From Gammaproteobacteria bacterium (GTDB lineage Bacteria > Pseudomonadota > Gammaproteobacteria > Eutrophobiales > Eutrophobiaceae), in assembly GCA_965221695.1 (NCBI GenBank), contig OZ244905.1, forward strand, positions 2,112,001 through 2,176,000: a stretch of 64,000 nucleotides of DNA, written 5' to 3'. Position numbers and translations under genes: made by a program. Positions 1 to 8,656 of this stretch are shown piece by piece. The notes beneath the pieces were generated by a model, which was not told the DNA's origin, did no database searches, and saw only the letters and a program-made list of their open reading frames with translations. Positions within the stretch are counted from its first letter, which is position 1. The number at the start of each line of letters is the position of its first letter.

Positions 1-648
1 TGGCTCAAGGGCCATATGGCCGAGTTCATGCGCGAGGGTGAAACGCTGACGCTCGCCCCAATCGTCCTGGTTCACAACCACAACCGACGCGACGCGCTTG
101 TCTTCGCGGCGCACGCGCGCGGCAAGCCCCTCGATGTTGGGAAGACTCATTGTGAACACCTTGATTCCGCGCTCTTCCAGAAGTTCGACCAAGTTCGGGA
201 TAGGATCAAGTCCGAGATTCCAATGAACTCGCATGCCATACGCAGCCTGCTCTGCTTCGGCGGGGTCGCGCAGCACCGGCCAGGGCGCATCACGTGGTAT
301 ATCCCAGGCAACGGTAGGCAATCCCAAGATTTCCTCAACTGTCAGATAACGTTCCAGCAGACGCAGGATGTTAGCCTCGACCTGTGCCTCATCACGACGA
401 CTGGTTAGCCGCTTCTTTCGGAAATCAACGGCTTCCAGGCGAATGTCACTACTGCTTATCAGGTAGTCAATGGGCACATTGAGCGCATCGGAAAGCGCGA
501 TGAGCACGCCGGAACTCGGCACGGACTCATCATGCTCGTACTTGCTGATCGCCTGCGCCGTCACCCGGTTGCCAATTCTGGCTGACAAATCCCGAAGTGA
601 CAAACCGGAAGCACGGCGTGAAACCATTATGCGTTGGCCTAAACTCAT
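1..648 (-). CDS. XRE-family HTH fused to ImmA/IrrE (DUF955) zinc metallopeptidase; 3' end runs off the window
   Basis: Not in the ORF track; translated by hand from ATG at 648 (GGGAGA upstream): MSLGQRIMVSRRASGLSLRDLSARIGNRVTAQAISKYEH (HTH)...ERQRFTLAHELGHMALEP (HExxH). The frame stays open to position 1. Confidence 0.88.
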   Translation of the reverse strand, partial: MSLGQRIMVSRRASGLSLRDLSARIGNRVTAQAISKYEHDESVPSSGVLIALSDALNVPIDYLISSSDIRLEAVDFRKKRLTSRRDEAQVEANILRLLERYLTVEEILGLPTVAWDIPRDAPWPVLRDPAEAEQAAYGMRVHWNLGLDPIPNLVELLEERGIKVFTMSLPNIEGLAARVRREDKRVASVVVVNQDDWGERQRFTLAHELGHMALEP

Positions 649-665
649 TATTCTCCCATACTTTA

Positions 666-705
666 TAGTTGATAAATATCACATATGAGAAATATTTGTC
701 AACTA
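666..705. promoter_or_regulatory. Inverted repeat, candidate operator, in the divergent promoter region
   Basis: Arms TAGTTGATAAATAT (666-679) and ATATTTGTCAACTA (692-705) are 13/14 complementary; the right arm contains a minus-strand TTGACA (697-702). Confidence 0.6.
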
Positions 706-777
706 ACGGGTTGAAAACTGTTGCTACATCCCCATCATTTATGAAATGACATATATTACTTATTAGAGATTACTACC

Positions 778-1938
778 ATGACTGCTCAGATTTTGTTTTT
801 TTCCGTCGGAAATGGCGATATGACCTTCATCAAGACAGAGGAAGGCCGAAGAATATTGATCGATATGAACATTCGGTCCGCCGCGGATGATCTCAATGAT
901 GATACTCCCGACGTTGCAGCGAAGCTACGAAAAAACCTCGTGCGCGACGATGCGGGAAGGCTTTATATCGATGCGTTGCTTATCAGCCACCCTGACGAAG
1001 ACCATTGTCGCGGTTTGCGCAAGCACTTCCACCTCGGACCGCCTGGTAAATGGTCAAAATCAACGGATAAGATACTTATCAGGGAGGTATGGTCTTCGCC
1101 GATGGTATTCCGTAGAGCATCACGACAGCATATCCTATGCGACGATGCAAAAGCTTTTAACACCGAAGCAAAGCGTCGTGTAAGGGTATTTAGGGATACA
1201 CCTAATATAGTAGGAGGTGGCAACCGCATCCTCATACTTGGAGAGGACGAGGATGGCAAAACAGATGACCTCCGTCAGATTCTTGTGCCCTTGGATCATC
1301 CGTTCTCGCAAGTCAACGGGCAACATGACGAATCAATGACTGCCCTTTTGCTCGCTCCATTACCGGCCGACGATGACGATGAAGAAGAGGTCATGTCAAA
1401 GAACAATTCCAGCACGATATTGCGGTTTTCTCTTGTTGGAAACGGGAAAGCAGAGAAATGCCGTTTCCTTACTGGAGGAGATGCTGGGGTCGTGATCTGG
1501 GACAAGCTCTGGCTTCGCCATTCCAAGCATATAGACTCTTTGTCCTACGACATTCTGCTCTCCCCGCACCACTGCTCTTGGCATAGTTTGTCGCACGATA
1601 GCTGGAGCGAGTTGGGCGAAAACGCAAAGGTTTCCAACGATGCGCTCAATGCCCTCTCGCAAGCTCGCAGCGGAGCCACGATTGTCGCCAGCAGCAAACC
1701 GATCAAGAACGACAACAATGACCCACCATGCATTCGGGCCAAGCGCGAGTACGAAAAGATCGTGGAAAAAGTATCAGGACGATTCGAATGTGTCGGTGAA
1801 CACCAATCCGCAAGAACTTCGGGTGTCTTGGAATTCGAAGTCGGCGCAAACGGTATTCGCTTAGTGACCTCTATGATGGCCCCCCGCATAGTGTCAGGTT
1901 CCGGGACCATCGGTCGGCAGCCCCATTCGCACGGCTAG
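778..1938 (+). CDS. Metallo-beta-lactamase-fold (ComEC-like) hydrolase with C-terminal Gly tail
   Basis: Motifs VGNGD, SHPDEDH, TGGD and PHHCS; ends ...SGSGTIGRQPHSHG. Confidence 0.85.
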   Translation: MTAQILFFSVGNGDMTFIKTEEGRRILIDMNIRSAADDLNDDTPDVAAKLRKNLVRDDAGRLYIDALLISHPDEDHCRGLRKHFHLGPPGKWSKSTDKILIREVWSSPMVFRRASRQHILCDDAKAFNTEAKRRVRVFRDTPNIVGGGNRILILGEDEDGKTDDLRQILVPLDHPFSQVNGQHDESMTALLLAPLPADDDDEEEVMSKNNSSTILRFSLVGNGKAEKCRFLTGGDAGVVIWDKLWLRHSKHIDSLSYDILLSPHHCSWHSLSHDSWSELGENAKVSNDALNALSQARSGATIVASSKPIKNDNNDPPCIRAKREYEKIVEKVSGRFECVGEHQSARTSGVLEFEVGANGIRLVTSMMAPRIVSGSGTIGRQPHSHG

Positions 1939-1946
1939 CTCTGAAT

Positions 1947-4223
1947 ATGGCCCGGAGCGAAATTAAACAGGAGCTTCGGCGCGCTCTGGTCTTGATCCGC
2001 GCACACCCGGCTGTTAAAGCGTGTAGCGCACCAAAGACCAATGGGATGAGCGATACCATCACGGTCGATGTGACTTTCAACGTTGAACTACCCAGCGAGT
2101 GGCGGCGCCTAGGTAGAAGCCCTTTTGGTATCATGCTTCAAGAGGAAGTACGAATTGTGTTTCCAAATGGATTTCCCTTGGAGCCGCCTGAATTTTCGTT
2201 GCGAGCGGACTTCAATCGGAATCTCCCTCATATGCAACCGTGGTTGTCAGATGGCCGTCCTGTCCCTTGTATCTACCGCGGTGACCTGGCCGAGTTGCTA
2301 CAGCGAGAGGGACTGGCTGCTATTCTCAACCAGATGGCAATTTGGCTCGAACGCGCTGCCCTTGGTACTTTGATCGATCCGGATCAGGGTTGGGAACCGG
2401 TGCTTCGTGATTCGTTTGCGGACATCCTGGTCGCAGATGCAGCATTTTTACAGGACTTAGTAGACCGGCGAGGAGGTCATCGGTTCGTAAAGATGAAGTA
2501 TATTAAGTCGACTACTGACGATGGTTCACCGCTCCTGCAAGGGCAAATCATTAATGACATCGCTCCGGTGAATCGTCAGACAATTTGCGGTTATTTTAAT
2601 ACGATGGAGGTCACTAACGAGCGCATGGTGAGTTATGGCCAGTCGCTGGCGTTGGTAGTTTGGCCAGGCAAACATCCTTCGGGAAAGCCAGTCATCAATG
2701 ACACATATCTCCCTGAGACGGTGAAAAATGTTAAGGGTCTCAGGGTACGAGCTGAGGGGTACGCATGCAGACAACAACTAGATGCTGGTCTAAACCAATT
2801 GAGAACCTGCATGCCCGCGCTGCGATCGTCGGGACCACACACGTTGGCGGTCATCCTATTGGTGCGTCGGCCATTTCCCATCATTGGAAGCAAGAGCCCA
2901 ATTGAACTTTGTCCGTATGTTATGGAAGTTTGGTTCCCGCAACTGTTCGCCAACGGTGAAGCTACGGCTGTTCGCGCGGCTGCTCAACGCAATGCCATTT
3001 CCCAAGATTTGCTTGCCCAAATGGCAGGACTGAATTCGGGAGACGAAGCTCTCTCATGGACACTCGTCGGCGCGGGTAGTCTGGGCTCTAAAATCGCGCT
3101 TCATCTGGCGAGAACTGGAAACGGTCCGAATGTCGTCGTTGATAAGTCTATAATGTCGCCACACAACGCGGCTCGTCACGCTCTTGTGCCAACTCCCGAT
3201 GGATTACAGGTGACCTGGACCGATATGAAAGCGCGGATATTGTCGCAAGCGTTGCAAGGTCTTAACCAAACAGCTATCCCAATCTCGGAAGATGCGATGC
3301 AAATATTGACAACCGGAAAGAACACCCAAGGGGCTTGGTCGAAAAAGACCTGGGCGGTATTGAACGCGACAGCATCTCATGTGGTTCGTGAGGCTTTCGG
3401 AGCGAGCAACAACATACCCACACGGGTTATCGAGGTATCGTTATTCGCTGGCGGGAAGATAGGAATAGTTGCAGTAGAAGGCCCGCACCGGAATCCGTCT
3501 ACCATCGATCTGATAGCAGAGTTCTACGGTATTCTGAAAGAGCAGCCAAAGCTCGCATCGATCGTCTTCGACCGCGATGCTTCAGTATCACGCCAAGCCA
3601 CCGGACAAGGATGTGGTTCACTCACGATGAGCATGTCGGACGCAAGGCTCTCGCTGTTCGCAGCCGGAATGTCGGAATATCTCCTGTCCCGGCAGCAAAA
3701 AGGGCTACCGGAAGATGGAGGTGAAATCCTCATCGGCCAATTGACTCAAGACGGACTTGGTCTGACTTGGCATACCTACCGAACACCCGCAGTAGTCGTG
3801 GTTCAGACGGACAAAGGAGAAGCTTGGAGCATTCATATTCACCCTCGGGCACGCTTAAAGATACAGCAAGAGATGTCCCGCTGGCATGAAGTAGAAACAG
3901 GCGGCGTACTCATGGGAAGGCTTTCAGAGACAGCGCGGGTGGCGCATGTCGTGGATGTGTTAGAACCACCGGATGACAGTCGTCGTGCGACTGAAGAGTT
4001 TGTTCTAGGAAAGACAGGATTATCCAAAAGGCTACAGGAATACTCGGAGACTGTCGGCTGGTCGCTACACTGCCTCGGAACTTGGCACAGCCATGTCTCT
4101 GAGGGCGGACCGTCCAGAAAAGATCGAGCTACAGCAAAAGAAGTGGCATTCGCTCGGTTGACGCCCTCTTTTTTCCTGATCGTAACCCCTGCAGGCTTCC
4201 ACGCGATCATGGCCAGTGGATAA
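1947..4223 (+). CDS. E2-E1(ThiF)-JAB triple fusion (Cap2/Cap3-like conjugation and deconjugation protein)
   Basis: E2-like FPLEPP...LPH...PCIY; E1 VGAGSLG, VDK...HNAARH and GQGCGS; JAB ETGGVLMG and WHSH...PSRKD. Confidence 0.88.
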   Translation: MARSEIKQELRRALVLIRAHPAVKACSAPKTNGMSDTITVDVTFNVELPSEWRRLGRSPFGIMLQEEVRIVFPNGFPLEPPEFSLRADFNRNLPHMQPWLSDGRPVPCIYRGDLAELLQREGLAAILNQMAIWLERAALGTLIDPDQGWEPVLRDSFADILVADAAFLQDLVDRRGGHRFVKMKYIKSTTDDGSPLLQGQIINDIAPVNRQTICGYFNTMEVTNERMVSYGQSLALVVWPGKHPSGKPVINDTYLPETVKNVKGLRVRAEGYACRQQLDAGLNQLRTCMPALRSSGPHTLAVILLVRRPFPIIGSKSPIELCPYVMEVWFPQLFANGEATAVRAAAQRNAISQDLLAQMAGLNSGDEALSWTLVGAGSLGSKIALHLARTGNGPNVVVDKSIMSPHNAARHALVPTPDGLQVTWTDMKARILSQALQGLNQTAIPISEDAMQILTTGKNTQGAWSKKTWAVLNATASHVVREAFGASNNIPTRVIEVSLFAGGKIGIVAVEGPHRNPSTIDLIAEFYGILKEQPKLASIVFDRDASVSRQATGQGCGSLTMSMSDARLSLFAAGMSEYLLSRQQKGLPEDGGEILIGQLTQDGLGLTWHTYRTPAVVVVQTDKGEAWSIHIHPRARLKIQQEMSRWHEVETGGVLMGRLSETARVAHVVDVLEPPDDSRRATEEFVLGKTGLSKRLQEYSETVGWSLHCLGTWHSHVSEGGPSRKDRATAKEVAFARLTPSFFLIVTPAGFHAIMASG

Positions 4224-5032
4224 GGGGACAGAGGGCCTGGGAATATGTTGAATGTGTTGACTTACCTGCTCGACCCATATGAGCGAAAGGCGAGGCACTA
4301 CCCTGCGCTGCTGTGTGGACTACCCTTATTGGTATCGGTCGTGCTGTTGATTCCCGAATTTGGCGCGGTGTGGGGAGCTATTGGTGGGTTCGCTATTTTT
4401 TGCGGCGGTACGACTTTTCTGGCCCAGATCACCCGGGACCGGGGAAAGACTATGGAGCCTAAACTGTATGCATTGTGGGGTGGCAAACCATCTGTAGCCA
4501 TGTTACGCCATGCCGACTCACGACTTAACCCGTCGACGAAGAACCGCTACAGAACATTCTTGCAACGGGTTGTGCCCGAATTGACGCTGGCTTCTGTCGA
4601 GGAGGAACAGGCAAACTCCAAAGGTGCTGATCAGGGATATGAAAGCACTATCTCGTGGCTACTGGCCAGGACGAGAGATCGTGAGCGCTTTGGACTCCTG
4701 TTTCGAGAAAACATCAACTATGGCTTTCGCCGAAATATCTGGGCACTCAAACCTTGGGCATTTGCCATGGAAGCGATCGCTTTGGTCATTATTGGGATAT
4801 CGGTCCTCGAATTGTGGACGGGAGAGTTCTTGGCTTCGATCCAGATGCTCGGTATGGAAACGTGGGCGAGTCTCATACTCACAATAATCCATGTATTGTT
4901 CTTCACATTCAGAATTAACAATGAGTGGGTTGCGTATTTCACTGAATCCTGCCACCCGTTTCACGTGAAGGCTGCCACCCGGAACGCAGCAAAGCTGCCA
5001 CCCCCCGGCGCGTGATGACGTGGGTATTGTCA

Positions 5033-5791
5033 TTATGACTCTGTTGGGGTCATGGCCGTCAATGTTTTTTTCTGTTTTCGCATGGATTCTCCCTTGAGGT
5101 TGATTTTATACGCATTGTGTACCAGGCGGTCGAGGATGGCATCGGCGAGTGTGGGGTCGCCGATCATGGCGTGCCATTTTTCGACCGGCAGTTGACTGGT
5201 TGCCAGAGTGGAGTGTGCGCCGTGGCGGTCTTCGAGGATTTCGAGCAGGTCGCGGCGATGTTCGGTGGTCAACTTGACCAGTCCCCAGTCATCAAGGATG
5301 AGGAGTTGTGTTCTGGCCAGGGTGTGGATGAGTTTGGGGTAGCGCCCATCGCCTTTGGCAATAGTGAGGTCCTGGAGGAGTCGGGGCAGGCGCAGGTAGA
5401 GGGCGGTGTAGCCGGTCCGGCAGGCGCTGTGCGCCAGGGCGCAGGCGAGCCAGGTTTTCCCGACGCCGGTGGGGCCGGTGATGAGGATATTGAGGTGGTC
5501 ACAGAGCCATTGGCAGGTGGCCAGGGATTGCATCAGGGCTTTATCCAGTCCGCGCGGGTGGAGGTAATCGATGTTCTCGATGGTGGCCTGGTGTTTGAGT
5601 CGGGCGCGTCGCAGTCGGCTGGCGGTGCGCCGGTTGTGGCGCTCGGTGAGTTCCCGGTCGACGAGCAGGCCGAGGCGTTCCTCGAAGGTCAGGGCGTCGA
5701 TATCGGGCAGGGCCATTTGCTCGGTGAGGGCGGCCGCCATCCCGGTGCATTTCAGGGTGTGGAGTTTGTCCAGGGTTGGATGTGTCAGCAT
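5033..5791 (-). CDS. istB: IS21 helper AAA+ ATPase
   Basis: GPTGVGKT, LILDDWG and AILDRLVH motifs; start set at MLTHPT. Confidence 0.95.
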   Translation of the reverse strand: MLTHPTLDKLHTLKCTGMAAALTEQMALPDIDALTFEERLGLLVDRELTERHNRRTASRLRRARLKHQATIENIDYLHPRGLDKALMQSLATCQWLCDHLNILITGPTGVGKTWLACALAHSACRTGYTALYLRLPRLLQDLTIAKGDGRYPKLIHTLARTQLLILDDWGLVKLTTEHRRDLLEILEDRHGAHSTLATSQLPVEKWHAMIGDPTLADAILDRLVHNAYKINLKGESMRKQKKTLTAMTPTES

Positions 5792-5810
5792 AGCGCTCTC
5801 CTGTTGTGGG

Positions 5811-7352
5811 TTAGTGGTAATAGGTCGGACCACGGATATTGTCGTGCGCCGCGGGGAGCTCCATCTCGGTCTGCTCGGTCAGGGGTTGGTTGTCGAGGCC
5901 GTGGCGGAGGATGGATTCGATACTCTTGTAGCTGTGGCTGCCCAGGGTCAGAGCGCGTCGGCAGGCGGCGTTGAGCCGGTCATTGCCGTAGGTGTTACTC
6001 AGGCGCAGGATTCCCAGACAACTCCGGTAGGCTTGCTGGGGGTGTTTGCGGGCCGTCAGCCGCTGGCGGACCAGCCGTGCCGTGGCCGCACCGATACGGA
6101 CGGCCCAACGTTCCAGGCGTTGCGGGGACCACTCGCCGGCCTGCCGGTGTGCCTCGGGCATATGGGCCGGGACGGTGGTATGGCGGCCTTTATGGTGTGT
6201 GCGCCGATGGCTGGCGATGCGCTGGTTGCGGTAGAAGCACTCAATGGTGTTGGCGGTGATGCGCACCTCCACCTGTTTTTTAATAAACGCATGCGGCACT
6301 GAGTAGTAATGGCCGTGCACCTCGACGTGATAATCAATATGGACCCGGGCCTGCTTCCACTCGGCGTACTCATACGCATCGACCGGCAAGGGGCGCAGGG
6401 CCGGTTTATCCAGTTGCGCAAACAGGGCGCACCGACTGCCCGGCAGTTTCCTGAAGGGGCGCCGGTTGAGCCGCACCAGCAACTCGCCTATGGCCCGGTT
6501 CAACTCGGCCAGGGAGAAGCACTGACGGTGACGCAACGCAGCCAGGATCCAGCGCTCCACCACCTGCACCCCGACCTCGGCTTTCGCCTTATCCCGGGGC
6601 CGGCGCACCCGCGCCGGAATGATGGCCACCCCGTAATGCGTGGCCAGGTCCTGGTAGGTGGGGTTGATGTCCGGCTCATACCGATGCGCCTTACTCACCC
6701 CGGCGCGCAAATTGTCCGGCACCACCACCTCCGGCACACCGTCCAAGTAGGTAAAACAGCGTACATGCGCGCCGATCCAGTCTGCCAGACCCTGGGTCCA
6801 GGTGGCCTCAGCATAGGTGTAGTTCGATGCGCCCAGCACCGCCACGAAGATGTTTGCCTCTCGCACTGCCCCGGTTACCCGGTCGATAACCTGGGCATGC
6901 ATCCCGGCATAATCTACGAACAGCTTCTCACCGGCATGGTGGGTCTGGCGCATGACCAGGTCCAGCTTGCCGGCCCAGGCCCGGTACTGTTGGCAGAACC
7001 AGGTATACTGGTAGCCGTGCGGATGAGTCCGACGATATTCCTGCCACAGCAGCATCAACGTCACGCCCGGACGTTTCAGTTCCCGGTGCACAGCCGCCCA
7101 ATCGGGCACCCCGCGCGCCCTAGCCGGCTGGACCGGCGGGGGCGGAAACAGCAGGCGATCCAGTGCCCTGTCATCCAACTCAACCGGCAACGGCCAATGC
7201 AGCCCGGCCGCCTCAGCCCGGCGCAGGTATTCATTTACCGCCGGACGGGATATGCCACAACTCCTGGCCGTTTGGCGTTTGCTCAGGCCCTGGCCCCAGC
7301 ACAAGCGTAATACGTCTTTTATCTTTCTCATGGACAACCTCTTTGCAGGCAT
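5811..7352 (-). CDS. istA: IS21 DDE transposase
   Basis: FVDYAG, VPDNL and PRDKAKAE motifs; ends [11 protein letters not shown]. Confidence 0.95.
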   Translation of the reverse strand: MPAKRLSMRKIKDVLRLCWGQGLSKRQTARSCGISRPAVNEYLRRAEAAGLHWPLPVELDDRALDRLLFPPPPVQPARARGVPDWAAVHRELKRPGVTLMLLWQEYRRTHPHGYQYTWFCQQYRAWAGKLDLVMRQTHHAGEKLFVDYAGMHAQVIDRVTGAVREANIFVAVLGASNYTYAEATWTQGLADWIGAHVRCFTYLDGVPEVVVPDNLRAGVSKAHRYEPDINPTYQDLATHYGVAIIPARVRRPRDKAKAEVGVQVVERWILAALRHRQCFSLAELNRAIGELLVRLNRRPFRKLPGSRCALFAQLDKPALRPLPVDAYEYAEWKQARVHIDYHVEVHGHYYSVPHAFIKKQVEVRITANTIECFYRNQRIASHRRTHHKGRHTTVPAHMPEAHRQAGEWSPQRLERWAVRIGAATARLVRQRLTARKHPQQAYRSCLGILRLSNTYGNDRLNAACRRALTLGSHSYKSIESILRHGLDNQPLTEQTEMELPAAHDNIRGPTYYH

Positions 7353-7741
7353 CTGCGGTTCCTCCTTTCAATTGAAACAAGGACACAGGATACCTGTGGT
7401 TATCCACGTCAGACGCGCCGGCTATCTACCTCCTTGGGGGTGGCAGCTTTGCCGTGTAATGGGTGGCAGCTTTCGTGTGAAATGGGTGGCAGCTTTGCCG
7501 TGTAATCGGTGGCAGCTTTGCTGTGAAATACGCAAGTGGGTTCGGATCGCTGCTGAAACCTACGCTCGGCAGCTTCTTTCGACATGTGATTTGCTTGAGG
7601 ACGGTCATGAGGTTTGATCAGGTCAGTGCTCCCAGCAAAATCGGCAATGAAACAAACCTGAAACCAAACGACATTTTCTAGACGTTTTTCGTAATTGATG
7701 TGTAAGATTGATCTTATTTTGTAAATTAGGAGACCTCGTTA

Positions 7742-8533
7742 ATGATCTTGGTTGACGGCGCATATCTTTACGGCTTAGGTCTGTCTATACAGCCTTTGCA
7801 CACAATTAATCAGAAGGGAACATATGGTCAGGTATGGTACAACTGTTACGTTGCGAAAAACTATCTTGAAGGATTTATTACAGATAGCGATTATTCAGAT
7901 GCCGTCAGAATCATGGTAGAGCCAGCAAATTCTTTAATTTTCGCACTTGAAACAATATGTGAGGAAGCAATTAAACCAGAAAAAAAAGATAAAATACTAG
8001 ACCCGACACTTTTTTACAACTTAAGAACAGTATTGCGAGATTTTGAGTCTGTTTTCAAAGCTGAGTTCAGACATGGTAATTTATTTCTTGCTACTCAAAA
8101 GGGGGCATATGATCTTAGAACACTATTTGCGAAAGGTGAGTTACTATTCCCAGCAAATTTTACGGAATTGTTCCCAGAAGCAGTTAAAGATGTCCAAGAC
8201 GGAGCGCGCTGCTTGGTATTTGAGATGTATACCGCATCGGGATTCCACTTTCATCGTGCAAATGAAAGTGTGCTATTAAGGTATCTGAAATCAGTTCGCG
8301 CAAAACAACCTGATAATAGAAACATGGGCGCATACATCGAAGCCCTTAAGGACGTCGAAAATGTTCCCAAGGAAATAATTGTGTACTTGAAGAGTTTAAA
8401 AGATTTGCAACGAAATCCTTTAATGCATCCGGGAGAATCTATTGATAATGTAGACGATGCGCTTGCTCTACTAAATGCAGTTCACACTGCTATTACGGCG
8501 ATGATGAGAGAAATAGCCTCACAACATGATTAA
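7742..8533 (+). CDS. Hypothetical protein with C-terminal HEPN-like (DUF4145-type) domain
   Basis: A..C....YTASGFH..RA.E pattern and R-x4-H motif RNPLMH; AT-rich. Confidence 0.55.
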   Translation: MILVDGAYLYGLGLSIQPLHTINQKGTYGQVWYNCYVAKNYLEGFITDSDYSDAVRIMVEPANSLIFALETICEEAIKPEKKDKILDPTLFYNLRTVLRDFESVFKAEFRHGNLFLATQKGAYDLRTLFAKGELLFPANFTELFPEAVKDVQDGARCLVFEMYTASGFHFHRANESVLLRYLKSVRAKQPDNRNMGAYIEALKDVENVPKEIIVYLKSLKDLQRNPLMHPGESIDNVDDALALLNAVHTAITAMMREIASQHD

Positions 8534-8656
8534 TCGCTAACGTGAATAAAATTCAACTTCCCGAATGTTGGCTATCAATCTCCATAACTATAAGGCCAAA
8601 TGTCGCCAGTGGTATTAAACTGACCGTGCTCAAGCTGCGATGCGCCCCCATCGAAC

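Larger units (their letters stand above)
4931..7534 (-). mobile_element. IS21-family insertion sequence, 2604 bp
   Basis: Terminal IR TGCGTATTTCAC/GTGAAATACGCA; 7-bp target duplication AGTGGGT (4924-4930 and 7535-7541); subterminal (G)CTGCCACCC repeats at both ends; istA and istB inside. Confidence 0.95.
4245..7617 (+). pseudogene. Predicted 4-TM membrane protein (253 aa when restored) interrupted by IS21
   Basis: Joining 4245-4930 to 7542-7617 restores one frame (...INNEWVRIAAETYARQLLSTCDLLEDGHEV*). Four hydrophobic segments and an ENINYGFRRN motif. Confidence 0.85.

Noticed and set aside
16-688. Plus-strand ORFs 16..408 and 470..688
   Set aside because: They are antisense shadows of the XRE-ImmA gene.
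778-4223. Calling the locus CBASS, Pycsar or Bil
   Set aside because: No CD-NTase, cyclase or ubiquitin-fold gene is visible; only the E2, E1 and JAB parts are shared.
4957-4972. parS-like GTTTCACGTGAA
   Set aside because: The right arm is broken and the site lies within IS21 subterminal repeats.
4245-5015. The 256-aa ORF as an intact native gene
   Set aside because: Its last ~27 residues are translated from the IS21 end.
5117-7310. Long plus-strand ORFs (285, 243 and 333 aa)
   Set aside because: They are antisense to GC-rich istB/istA and show no recognisable motifs.
7436-7534. GGGTGGCAGC repeats as a mini-CRISPR
   Set aside because: The repeats and spacing are too short; these are typical IS21 transposase-binding repeats, and no cas genes are present.
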